Source: Carcharhinus longimanus
Lineage: Eukaryota
Assembly (NCBI GenBank): GCA_030264375.1
Contig: JASCQW010000061.1
Coordinates: forward strand, 71,882,224 to 71,946,223
Length of the DNA stretch: 64,000 nucleotides
Reading direction: 5' to 3'
Part shown: in pieces, positions 12,101 to 23,782 of the stretch
Layout of the letters: each line of letters starts with the position of its first letter
Numbering within the stretch: position 1 is the first letter of the stretch
Made by a program: the position numbers and the translations under genes
Notes under the pieces: model-generated
What the model was told of the DNA's origin: nothing
The model's input: only the letters and a program-made list of their open reading frames with translations
The model's database searches: none

Positions 12101-12520
12101 CCCTTGCTTTCCAAGTATTTTTGGGAAGTTATTTGTCTTCTATGAAGCCAGAGCTCAAAGTGGTTGTTTAATTGTTTCACCATTTTCTTATTCTCCATTA
12201 TCAATTCTACTCTTTCAGACTATAAGGGACCTACATTTGCCTTCATTTTCCTTTTTGCATACTTATAAAAGCTTTTACAGTCTGTTTTTATGTTCCTTGC
12301 AAGTTTACTCTCATACTTTATTTGCCCCTCTTAATCAATCGCTTGGTCGTCCTTTGCTGAATTTTGAACTATTCCCAATCATCAGGCTTGCTACTTTTTC
12401 TAGCAATTTGATGACTCCTCTTTGGATCTAATACTAGCCTTGGTTGGGCCACTTTCCCTGTTGCATTTTTGCACCAGAAAGGAAAGTAAAACTGTTACAA
12501 TGCCTACAATTGCTCCTTAA
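9148..12520 (-). mobile_element. CR1 LINE (3' end at ~9148), interrupted by a SINE fragment (9271-9450) and a Harbinger element (10525-11745)
   Basis: CR1 tail aaacatagaaaataggagcagg. RT motifs CLTNLPELFEDITSKIDKEEPVVVVHLDFRKSFDK and PQGSV. The CR1 sequence resumes exactly after the insertion (gtcaaacat|...|catgatttcc). Confidence 0.88.
10525..11745 (+). mobile_element. Non-autonomous Harbinger-like element, copy C, with 3-bp TSD
   Basis: TIRs GGGATGGAATTCTCCC / GGAGAATTGCCC. 3-bp duplication (CAT, or ATG by register) of the host CR1. Contains a LINE tail at ~11480-11590. Confidence 0.85.
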
Positions 12521-12673
12521 ATATGGGATGGGGGGATTGCTATTTGGGAGGGGTGGGGGGGGGTGCCTCTGATGCACAACAGGTACCTCCAAACTTCTGT
12601 GCCCTGTACTTCCTGGCTTTCTAAACATTTTGAAAAATGGCCTACCCATACCTGCTCCCTTGTCCAAACCTAT

Positions 12674-12798
12674 GGTGGGATTTTATGACCTAACTCGGGT
12701 GAGACTGGAAATTCCTGCCCGAGATCAACGGAGATTTCTGTTGTCAGACCCTCGCTGGTGCCAATTCTGTGGTGGGCGAGGTAGTAGAGTTCCGGCCC
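12674..12798. mobile_element. Harbinger-like MITE (~125 bp)
   Basis: GGTGGGATTTTATGACC ... GTAGAGTTCCGGCCC followed by TAA. Same internal layout as 25125 and 43541. Confidence 0.75.
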
Positions 12799-13284
12799 TA
12801 ATGTTCAATGGCATGGACAGGTTATTAACTGGGTCAATTGTTAGCAAGCTCAATCGACCCTTAATTGCTTACTTAAAATTGCAGCCTGCTGCTTTTGACG
12901 CCTGCTCACCTACTGTATTATGGGGTAATGTGGTAAGCTCAGGGGTGGGTGGGATATCTCCTTCCTCCTCTCTCTGAAAACATTCGTGGGTGGATGTAAA
13001 ATCCAAACAGGATGGAGTTTTTGATAGAATTGCTTGAACAAGCCCATGAGATTACTCACCCTTAGCTGTAACAAGATGAAAATAAATGACTGATTAAGTT
13101 GATATATACCCAACCAGTGAGTTAAAATCTATTTAGGTGTATTATATGTCTGACTAAGTAGTGAGTATTATTTTTCTAAAGAATCCTGGATTTTGAGTTA
13201 CAAAAGTAAATGTAGCTGTCTAGATTGGGGTAAAAGGTTTGGGCCTAATGAATATATTTTATTGGGTGATGCTGTTAAGAGTCC

Positions 13285-13600
13285 AAAGTGATGTGTGTGA
13301 TTACCAACAGTTCATCATGTAGGCCCGTATCCATTTTCCTGGCAATTAACCTGAAACCTTTATATTGTAGCAATGTTCCAACCCCCCTACTCTTTGCTTG
13401 TGCACAGCAAGTGGGATGTTGCCTGCTATGGGGCAAAAGCAATGGCAATGCTCTGCACACTCGGCATAGTGGCTGATTTAGACTATAATCAGATCCAAGC
13501 CTCAGTAGAATTGGTGTAGAGGTATCTTTCCAAACACCATACAAATGGTGATTCACATGGTTTGCTGCCCACTGCATAATTTTGCTCTGCAATGGGAAAA
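13285..13600 (+). pseudogene. Old Harbinger transposase fragment (catalytic region)
   Basis: VCDYQQFIM*ARIHFPGN, G.LLWGK..G.ALHT and MVCCPLHNFALQ correspond to the VCD..ARYPGS, GWLLGDKGYPL and VCCALHNLA motifs. Confidence 0.65.
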
Positions 13601-13644
13601 TCATCTAGGATTGTCATTGAAGGATATTTAGCAATGTGAGTGAG

Positions 13645-13915
13645 TCATAGATTTACACAGAATTTGCAACACAGAAACAGGTCATTCAACTCATCTGGTC
13701 TTTGCCTGTTTATACACCACCCTGCTTTATCTAACTATCAGCAAATTCTTCTATTTCCTTCTCCCTCATGTACTTATCTAGCTTTTCATTGAATATACCT
13801 ATGCTATTCTCCTCAAACATTTCAATAGATTGCAAGTCCCACATTCTAACAACTCTCTGGATAAATGTGTTCTCCTGATTTTGGAGTTATTTGTGATAAT
13901 TTTATAGCTATGACC
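13645..13915 (-). mobile_element. Old CR1 3' fragment
   Basis: acagaaacaggtcattcaactc tail and ttccacattctaacaactctctgg-like CR1 3' ORF2 sequence. Confidence 0.65.
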
Positions 13916-15617
13916 CTCCAAGCTGACCCATTTTCCAATCACAGCTTAGGTTTATCTTTACAAGCGCAATCAGCCTTGCCTTGATCAGTGTTTTCAGGTG
14001 GGAAGGGGCCTTAAAATTCCTTGGGTGGTCTTCCTACTGGGTTTCCGCCTGCTCCAATCTCTCCACACTTTTATGGTGGTACGGTGAGGCCTAGCCAGCC
14101 AGCCTTGTCTCAATTGAAACCCTAAACCAATTAAATTACCATTTAATCTACATTATCAGGTTGGAAGGAGGGGATATGACTCTTATCATCAGCCTCGTTT
14201 CAACATTGGGTGCTCCCCTGTCCCCAACAAGATCTATTCCCACTGGTGCTCCCTCCACTCCACACCGCCCCCTGCCCAACCAGTGGGCCTCACCTCCCCT
14301 CCCTGAGACCACCACACATATCTGGTCCTGAATTTCTCGGATTTAGACTCTGGGGACTAGTGCTGCCAACTGCAGCTTCTGGCACTGCTGGGACTGGGGA
14401 GATGCAGGCCAATCAGATCAGTCAGTAACTCATTGAGGCAGAACTTCCTCCCAAATAAGAGGCGCTCCTTGGAGCATTAAAAGGCTGTGGGACAGCCAGT
14501 ATCAAGGGTGGTACATTCTTCACCAACTCATCAGGCAGCAGAAAGACTAGCCTTTATTAAATTTCATCTACTATGTAAATACCCATTTAGCACATATATT
14601 AATGCCTTCCTACATTTTGTAAAGGCTTTACTCTATTATTTATAGCCCTTGGCATATCTCTATATGACATTGATCACATCAAAAATAAGCTACAAATAGC
14701 ATAACTCCAAGAATTGCCTATGCCCAGAGAGCTTGGCAACAGTTCTTTGATGAACACAATAGCTACCTGTCCCCACACACCCCCAATCCCCAACATTTCC
14801 GGTCATGCCCAAAATCTCCTTCCATTCTTCCAAAAACTACCACTGCCCAAGATTCATCACTGATACCATATCACTAACAATGCAGGGTTACCAGTTATGA
14901 CAGGAACATTCTCTGTCTTTGAAGATTTCAACAAAGTTGACTAGCTTAGATCAATGCTAAAACCCAGGCATAAGCCTTTTGAAAGTGATTCCTTATCATC
15001 TCGCTAGCTTTAGTGTGGGAGATGGAACACTTCTCTGATTCAGATAAAGACTCTGAAATTGAATGTGTTCTGTGACCTTTCAGAGTTTGGGGCCGAGAGG
15101 ACCTATTACAGAGTGCAGGCTGTTAGGCAATGATATCAACAGGGGAGAGAGATTGATTAAATCTCCCTTTGCCTTCTGTATGTAATCAGTGCAGTTTAAT
15201 TGCGATAAAGTTGATGCCTGATCCTAAACATGCCATTAGTGTGTGGTCAATTTAAAAGTTATCAGCAGCAAACTTTCATGGAATTAATAAAGGAGTATTA
15301 TTTATTCATGCGCTAAAGCAGAAAGGCCAAATTCTATGTCAATCACACAATTCATACCCAAGAAAGATACAATTAAAAACAATAGTGCCCTTCTACAAAT
15401 ACTAAAACAAAACAGAATAGTTTGCGATTCGTGTGTCTTTGAGGGTCCACTGATGGGAGTGATTTTTCTCACTCTGGAATTGAAGTTTGCATGGCTGCAA
15501 TGTTCCTTCAAGACTGTTCCACAGGTTGGGGCTGTTCGAAGCAGTTTGGATGAGGCTTTTAAAAATTCTTAAGCCTGACAGGTCTTGAAAAGGCAAGATC
15601 ACATAGCCTGTCTTTGC

Positions 15618-15736
15618 AGCCAGAATTTTACCAGCACGCCTGCCTGAGGCTCGCAAGATCCTGCCCGAGGCCAATGGAGAATGCCGTTCTGCGAGCTCCC
15701 CCCACCCCAATTCCAGGGCAGGTGTGCTGGTTAAAT
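15618..15736. mobile_element. Harbinger-like MITE (reverse-complement homologue of 46494-46618)
   Basis: AGCCAGAATTTTACC start and cctgaggctcg..gatcctgcccgaggccaatggagaatgccgttctgcgagc core. Confidence 0.8.
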
Positions 15737-17057
15737 GTATATGTTGGTCTTTTGCAGTTTGCCTGGTCTCTCAGTTTTGGATAAAAGGACTTTCAAATTC
15801 AGGGGGCAGTTTCAATCACACGATGAATGACCATTAATGCACAATGAAAGGTAAATGATGATCTTTCATTAAGACACTTCAGTCACAAAGCTAAAAGCCA
15901 TTGATATAGAAGATAGATAGCGGTCTTTAGCATTTCATTGTGGATAATAAGACTCAATAATTTTCCTTTGTTAGATGGCAAATCCAGAGTCAGAAAGTTT
16001 GGGAGTTTATTGTCCCTGTGTTTTAGTGTAAGCCTTGACAATGGCAGGTATGTAATTCCACGGAAGAGTAAAATTAAAAATGTCATGGCTTCATGCCTCC
16101 ACTGCATGACAGCAGTCTGGCTCAACTGGACTCCTGGCATCCAGTAAACACTGGCTTGAAGTGTTGTGGGTGCAGGTTGCCTGCCTTTTTTTGACCATTC
16201 CATGATTGACTGTAGTTTGTTGCTACCTTGTGTCAGAGCTACATAACCACTTGTGAACTCCTCCACAGTCTCTGACATGTGGCAGTAGTTTTTCTATTTG
16301 TGGCAATGCCGAGGTGGCTAATTAGCCAGCCTTCTGGTTGAGTGATCAGCTTTGGGAGGCAGCTTGACATCACCAATTGGTTAGTGGCCCTCCGGGCGGC
16401 CTCTTAATTCGCTGCTGCTGGTTAAAATGGAACCCAGGTCCCACATGGGATTGTGTCCTCCTTTGGTCCCAGCAGCTTGGACTACTTACCTGCAGAGAGA
16501 CGTCTGGTCTCTGCTTTGAAGAAATTAGAAGAAAATGAATTTGGCTTCCAGCTGACGTCATCCGGTATTTCAGTCATCACCATTTCTAATCCATCTGAAA
16601 ATTAATTTCTAATATTCTGTGTCTCTGTGTGACTATGTTCAGGTCACCTTTCTGCAGCAGTTTCCACAATCACCTGCTGTAAGTTTGGTGCAATATTTGT
16701 ACAAATCTTCCAGAGAGACAGAACACATGTAGTTGTTGCAGTTTCTCTGGGGTTATTGCCTCTCTAGTGAATGCACAGCAGAAGGACCTCATAGAAATTC
16801 AACCCTGGCTTTTTCTTGGTGCAACCAGCTGTCATTCTAAGTTTAAGCCATTTCTAAAAATGTTTAGCTCTATATTCAGATAACATTTCATTTTCTTTTC
16901 CATCCAGTGAACCTTGGGCAGGATGCTTAACACTGTGAATTTTGAAAGGGGAACTGGATTGTGAAATGTCTTTGGATTTGAATTCAGCCTGGTCCAAATG
17001 GCTGACTATTTCCTCTTTCCAACATTAATAGGGAATCATATTTGTAAGAGGAGAAAA

Positions 17058-17195
17058 GTACTTGCATTTATACTGCATCCTGCACCCTCTCAAACTACAC
17101 TGGACTGTTACCTCGTTTTAATACTCACACCAGTGGAGTGGCACTCTAACCCACAACCCTAGAGATGAATGTGTTACCAATGGAGCCATGGCTGT
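17058..17195 (-). mobile_element. Internally deleted ancient tRNA-SINE (SacSINE1/Deu-SINE-like)
   Basis: Tail cttgcatttata.. joined to a tRNA-like head (gagtggcactctaacccacaacc..gtgttaccaatggagccatggctg on +). Confidence 0.45.
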
Positions 17196-17269
17196 GGATA
17201 ACCTGAACTAATGAGTTTGGACTCACAAACAAAATGACCAATAATTCATCATAAATCACAACTACTTGC

Positions 17270-17550
17270 AGGTGGAACGGTGGCGAGCACTGCTGCTTCA
17301 CAGCACCAGGCCTTGGGTGATTCAATTCTGGCCTTGGGTGATTGTGCAAATTACATACTTACATTCTCCCTCTGCCTGCGTGTGTTTCCTCCGGGTGTTC
17401 TGGTTTCCTCCCACTGTCCGAAAGACTTGCGGGTTAGGTTGATTGGCCATGCTAAACTGCCCCTTAGTATCAGGGGTTATGGGGAGAGGGCCTGGATGGG
17501 CTCAATGGGCCAAACGTCCTCCTTCTGCACTGTAGGGATTCCATGATTCT
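17270..17550 (+). mobile_element. HE1-like V-SINE with CR1-derived tail (type A)
   Basis: tRNA head, V-domain, tail gggccaaacgtcctccttctgcactgtagggattccatgattct. Confidence 0.85.
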
Positions 17551-18022
17551 ACTTGTATTTTCTTCAGTTTTGCTTCTTATCATGAGTAATGTCACAGGGT
17601 GTGCAGAAAGCAAAAATGAGACGTGGCAGTCTGAGACAATTGAGACAATACAGACAATTTGGACGTATGAACAGAGAGATTGGCAAAATAGAAGATAAAA
17701 AAGACAACAGAGGGACAAGTAAAATAAAATGTAAGTCATAGAAAAGATGAGATTTATGGAATATAGTTAAAGAGGGACAGACACTTCTCTTCCAGAAGTG
17801 AGGAAGTCCTGACTTTGTGGCTGCACAAGCGGGCAGCAGAACATGATACCAGATCTGTGCCCAATTAATGGCTGGCAGGCATGAGAACCAGCCAATAACA
17901 CATGGTGTGAGGGAGGTAGATCTGGAAGTTGAAATGTATCCGCCATACTTAAAGGGGCAGCATCACTTAGTTTAAAAATAGAGGCACCTGGAAGGGAGAG
18001 TGAAGAAGGGTTGCTTCCAAGG

Positions 18023-19480
18023 AATAGCTGCAGTTAGAGGAAGAGTAGCTACCAGGTTTAGTAATGCCTCCCTGGAGGTCCTCAGTGGACACAGTGAAAA
18101 CTGCTGTTTCTAGTTGATGGGAGGAAAAGGCCAGCAAACCTCACCAGACCTGGCAGGCTGCAGCAGAAGTCAGCAGGCATGGGGGTGGATACATGGACAT
18201 GGTTGTAATGCCACAAGCAATTTAATTAACTGATATGGTTGATGAACGTACATCGTAATATCAAACTTACATCCTTGGAAGTCACGAAAAACACCACAAA
18301 ACTTGCTCATGAGTTAGTGGAAACAAGAGTACTTTAACATTACTCTTGTTTTTCTCACAGATCCAGTGGCAGATTGNNNNNNNNNNNNNNNNNNNNNNNN
18401 NNNNNNNNNNNNNNNNNNNNNNNNNNNNNNNNNNNNNNNNNNNNNNNNNNNNNNNNNNNNNNNNNNNNNNNNNNNNNNNNNNNNNNNNNNNNNNNNNNNN
18501 NNNNNNNNNNNNNNNNNNNNNNNNNNNNNNNNNNNNNNNGCGGGGAGTGGGGGGGGGAGGTGAGTTGATATTTCTGGGCAGAGTGAGGCTGGCAAATGGC
18601 TGTGGGACCCCAGGATAACTAGTTGGGAGAGGATTGCGCTCGATCAAGGCTGGCTGCATGTGCAGCCACAGAGGTTTACACATGCACAATAGTGCCCTCT
18701 GCTGCTTTAGCAGCCTTCCTGGTGACTTAAGCCCCATTCCCTTTTCCCTTCAGGTGAGGAACGGTTCAGCCCATTTTCTAATGCACTAAGGGCATAAAAT
18801 TCTGGATTTAAATTCGTCCAAAAAATGGACGAGAAACTCTGCTGTTTTCCTGCCCGTCCTGGACTTTGAATTTTTTTGGTAAGTTCGTCCCCACAGTGCC
18901 ACACCCTTCTTGTGTACCCTCCAGCACAGATGCTTGTAAGCTGGCAGCCATAACCATGACACCAGCTGGGGAGCGTAGCACAGCAGCATGTGAACAGCTA
19001 AAGGAAGCAGTGACAGGCATGGCCACTCTCATTGGAAGACTGAGGAAGGGCTCAAGAATGCTCAGCTCCACAAAAGTCTCTGGAGTTAATCGGCAAAATG
19101 GCAACACTGGAGCAACAGTAGTGCAAAATGTGTGGATGGAGGAGTCCATCCGCACCATGAGTGGAGGCATATCTCCTCCATTGAGATAGTGAAGATCCTC
19201 ATGGAGAACCTTACGTAGGATATTATCCAGTTGGTGCAGCAAGTACCCGCTGAACTGCATGTCACCATCTCATTGGTGAGCTCTCTGAGTGACGGGTGGG
19301 TGAAAAGGTTCTGAGATGCCTAGATCCCTCACCAGGTGCTCAAGTGCTCCAGGAATACAGGGAAGTACAAGTGGTCCATAAGAGGGTGAAGTAACGGCAC
19401 CCTGAAGCCCCTAAGGGTTCCTCTGATGGCGCTCCAGGCACCGGACGTGGTTCCCTGGACCTTGTGAATGTGACATCAAT
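18023..19480 (+). pseudogene. Harbinger Myb/SANT-like gene remnant (Myb exon 18023-18235, C-terminal part ~18860-19480)
   Basis: RGRVATRFSNASLEVL..LLFLVDGRKRPANLTR..WQAAAEVSR..TWL*CHKQFN*L fits the NAIF1/MSANTD-type Myb domain pattern. Downstream ..WMEESIRTMS helix. Confidence 0.75.
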
Positions 19481-20423
19481 GCTTCATGAAGCCTTGATGA
19501 CTGGAGTCCCTCCTCCACAGATGCAGATGCCCCCACCTTGTGCTTGGGCCCCAGTCACCCAGAGGATGAATACAGCAGTCATCAAATGCACCAGAACGGC
19601 AATGCAAGAAAACTGATTTCACTTCATCTGATTGCACCAGGACAACATAATATTGAAACGCCCACAAGCATTGATGTAAAACCACCACATTGCACTTGGG
19701 TTTCATGGGTGATAGCACAAAATGAGAGATTTGTTTCAATATGTAAATGAAAGGTACTGTCTTATTTAAGGTAATATCTTCAGTCTTCCTTTCTGCACTA
19801 CTGAGTTGTCACCAGCTGGTGAGCTCTTAAGAAGGTCTGCATTGCATGAGGGCTAGTGTATGCATTAGCACCCTGTCAAGATGGGCCAACTGAGGTAATA
19901 AGGGTATTCAAAGAAAGGCTGTTGTAATATGGTTTTAAGCATTTGCAGCATGCCACCACTAGAAGGGAAAGTTTATATGGTACTGTCTCAGTTTCACTTT
20001 GGCCTGTGAGCAGAACACAGCACACACAACTCTGTTGCTATGTCTTCAAACTTTCTGGATGGGATTCTCTCAAAAAAATTCTAAATGTTGAATGCTTTTA
20101 TTCGGAATCTCCCTTTTAAAATTCAGGCAATATCCAGATGGAAAAAGCACATGAATTAATATAGCAACAATCTCCAAGATTTTTCAATAATTATATCTCC
20201 ATGTGTACATCACTCATCCTTAATTAGTGAATTATGAAAAGTACAGCCACCCACTCAGAAATAAGATCATTGCAAACTGATATCAATTCTGTGTATATTG
20301 AATCAACTGTACAAGGCATTGCATTCCCCTAGATTTTGTGTCTCTTTCCTTTTGACTACAATTCCTTGTGGATTGCGTGAATAAAAATATCAACTTAGCT
20401 CATTACTGACTAAATATTATAGG

Positions 20424-21063
20424 GGGGGCAATTCTCCCAAAAATTTCTGAGTACTGAATTTGCATGAAAACTGGAGTAAATCACACTGTTTTTTTCAGCG
20501 GGAGTTTCAAAATGAATTTCCTACACTGCAGAGTGCACTGGTGTGATTCATCTAGGAAACAGTGCATGGGACCTATTCCTGCTGGAGAGGTTGGCAGCAT
20601 AGTGCTGAGCGGGCCACTGCACATGTGCCAGTCTGTCAGTGCTGAGATTGGCGCATGCACAGTGGCCCCTATCTGCTGGCCTCCTCGATTGTTGAACAGC
20701 CCTGCGGCCCAGCATCACCAGCCCTCTCACTGCTCACCCCCTCCCACCACCCTCCCACCATGGCCCCCCCGAGTCCAGCCCTGACTTCTCCCTCCCTCTT
20801 AGTCTACCTTCATCTTCTGCTCCTCCCTGCCCCTGCCAGTCCCAATCTCCTGCCTCCCACCAGCAGTTCCGCCCCCTCTCCTGCAGGCTACACTCCCACC
20901 TCGATGGCCAGCCCCGTTCGCTGGCCTTCCTCCCTTTCCCATTGATCCTGACTGCTGAGTAGCAGAGGGACCCACCCCACAGATCGCCCTGAGGCCCTGC
21001 CCCATCCCCTTGGCACTGCCAAGGAGCCCGATGGGCAGTGCCAAGATGCTCCCTGAGCATTGG
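20424..21063 (+). mobile_element. Non-autonomous Harbinger-like element, copy B (truncated)
   Basis: GGGGCAATTCTCCCAAAAATTTCTGAGTACTGAATTTGC start, colinear with copy C and with the reverse complement of copy A. Confidence 0.82.
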
Positions 21064-21249
21064 CTTTTCTTCAATCTACTATCCTGGCTTTTGTCATGCT
21101 TATGTTTTTCTCATTATTGTCTCATTGCTCAGATTTCTCCTATTTATACTTTTGTTACCGACTTCGATTCATTTTGATTAGATTCAGCCAAGAATCTTTC
21201 TCTGTTGGGTTTCAATCACCTACAAAGCTGCAGTTATCACATTTGGCAA

Positions 21250-21600
21250 AGGAAGAAACAGGAATAAAGAGTTCTTATTTTGAGACCCATCCTGCAGAAA
21301 TGACTCCCATCATTGAAGGGAAAGATTACAGAGATACCAGCCAGCAACTGAGTATTGACAAGATGAGAAGTTCACTGTGGAAACAAAATCACAGCACAGC
21401 TCACCTTTCTCCGAAAGCATCAAAGCATGTGGCAATCTCATGCTAGCCAAGTCATTGTGCAGAAGATAGAAAAGTACTGTGTCAACAAGTATTGGATCAA
21501 TCTCTGTGAAGAAATACAGATTGATGGTCAGAGCAGTAACCTTCACATTATGTATGACAGTATCAAAAGAGCACTCAACCCCATCATCAGCAAACTGCTG
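21250..21600 (+). mobile_element. RTE-clade LINE fragment (linker before RT)
   Basis: YFETHPAEMTPIIEGK...VQKIEKYCVNKYWINLCEEIQIDGQSSNLHIMYDSIKRALNP resembles the RTE motif CANDYWL.LC..IQ...GN.R.MYDGIK.ALGP. Confidence 0.7.
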
Positions 21601-21879
21601 ATTTGGCCACAGCATTGACTGTGCGAGCCATGTGCTCCCTCTGTGTTCCATCAAAGTGTAAATCCTTTTAGTTTTACCATTTGGAGTCGATGACAGTTAT
21701 ATTAATATACAAATGATTAAGCATTTTCTACAACTCATTATGAAATTTCTGGCATGTATTAAATGTATTAAATCTGATTCATGAGTCATGGGTCAGTGAA
21801 GATGCCTGATTTCAATCTTGTGGCCCACTGAGATGAAGGAAGGCCACTCATGCAGCCCACTTACTCGCCTAGATTGCTC

Positions 21880-22870
21880 ATCACTGTTCTAGGCAGTGAA
21901 GGTTGCAGGTGATGTCAAAAAAGCCTTGATGCACAGTGTGCATGGTGAAGGAAGTGGATGTTTAAAGTGGTGGATGGACTGTCAGTCACACGACTGCTTT
22001 GTGCTGAAAGGTGTCAAGTTTCCTGAGTGTTTCCTCATCCAGGCAAGTGGAGAGTATTGCGTAGCACTTCTGGCTTGTTTCTTCATGGGTGGTAGATCAG
22101 ACAGAAGTTCTTCTGACCTATTATTGTATTCACAACATTAAAGGTGACTACCAAGATGTTGATGATAGCAACTTCAATGATGGCAGTGATAGCAAATGTA
22201 AAGGGGAGGATTTTAGGAACTCACTGCTGGGATGGTCATTACCTGGCATTTGTGATTCTTTTCTGTCCAAGCCTAATTATTGTCCTGGTTTTGGTACATA
22301 ATGCTGCCCAGATTACTTTATTATTTGATGAATTGTGAATGGAAATGAATACTGTGCAAAGAACAGCAAACAGCCTCACATCTGATGATATGGATGGCGG
22401 GTATTGCATTGAGGAAGCAACAAAAGATACTTGGGCTTGGACGCTACCTTGAGGATCTCCTGTAACAATGTTCAAGGGCTGACATCAAGCAACTGCAATC
22501 ATGTTAACTTTGTGTTACATATTCCAACCAATGTCCCCTCCCCCCCACTAATTCCCACTGACTTCAATTTTACCAGGGCTCCTTTGCATCAATCTTGGTC
22601 AAATGCAGCCTTGATGTCAAGGGTAGAATCACCTTTGCAGTTCAGCTCCTTTGTCCATATTTGGCCAGAAGCTGTAATTACATCAGAAGCTAAATGATTC
22701 TGGAGGAATCCCAATTGAGCATCAGTGAGTAGGCTGTTGGTGAACAGGTTATGTTTGGCAGCACTGTTGATGAATCTTTCCATTAATTTATTGATGCTTG
22801 GGAGGAGACTAATAGGGTGGTTATTACTAGATTGGTCCTGCTTTTAGTGGACAGGACATACGTGGGCATT
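21880..22870 (-). mobile_element. L2/CR1-group LINE RT region
   Basis: NSLLTDAQLGFLQNHLASDVITA..WTKELN..LDIKAAFDQ, GDPQGSV, VRLFAVLCTVF. Confidence 0.85.
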
Positions 22871-23782
22871 TTTTTTTTCAATTGCTTGCTACTAGAAACA
22901 AACAGATTTAATAGTGTTAGAGATTGCAATGCATCTGCTGGTAAATTTTACACTGATCTTTCATCAGCTAGAAAACAGTTGTCAGCAAGTAAGTGTTATT
23001 TGACATAGGTTTAACATGATGCATATCTTTTATGTTGATGATTTAAAAAAAATAAATATTGGAAGTGCACAGTAAGTTAACTGTACTGCATTTTCCAATT
23101 TGCCTTCTAGTGTTTGGATTGGGAATTTCAAATGATGCTGAGGCCAGGGCTAAGCTATTGCTCTGGTATTGTAAAGTCAATGAGATGCAAATCACCTCAA
23201 AGAATGCACCAATACCAATGCTTGAGTGAAGTGCGTAGAGGAATCATCCAGCAACCCAGATGTGTGACATGCAAGTTATTCGATGATGCACAATATACTC
23301 AGGACACAAGTAATTCTCATTTCGAGTTTTGGTAGAAAATGGCAACTGTGGATTGACCATTTGTTACATGCATTCCTGATCTTCCTTTCAACTGACTTGA
23401 TACGAAGGAAAATCTTGGGTGAGGTATATAACGAAAATTTCTCCACACGTTAGAGTCATTATAAATACACTATGCCATCTAACTGAATACGCTGGGGAAA
23501 GTCACATGCAGAATAATGCAACAAACAAGCCACATTTCTCTTCAACCTTCACTGAATTTCTGTTAAAATATACAGGACTTTCAGATTTCATAATTCACAA
23601 TACCAATAGCATGAACACAAAGGGGTTGACTTTAACTCTTCACTCAGCATAAATGGGGCACTAACTGTGTTAATTTGAGATGGTTGATTTACTGGCCCAT
23701 TTCTGTTCTGGCACCATTTCAACTTGGTCCCTTTATGGCGAGGAGCTCACCTAACATGTGCAATTGAGGTCCAATAATGTAG

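Noticed and set aside
23111-23335. Acceptor-like site followed by a Cys-rich 73-aa ORF
   Set aside because: No recognisable domain, no clear donor and no partner exons. Compatible with chance.
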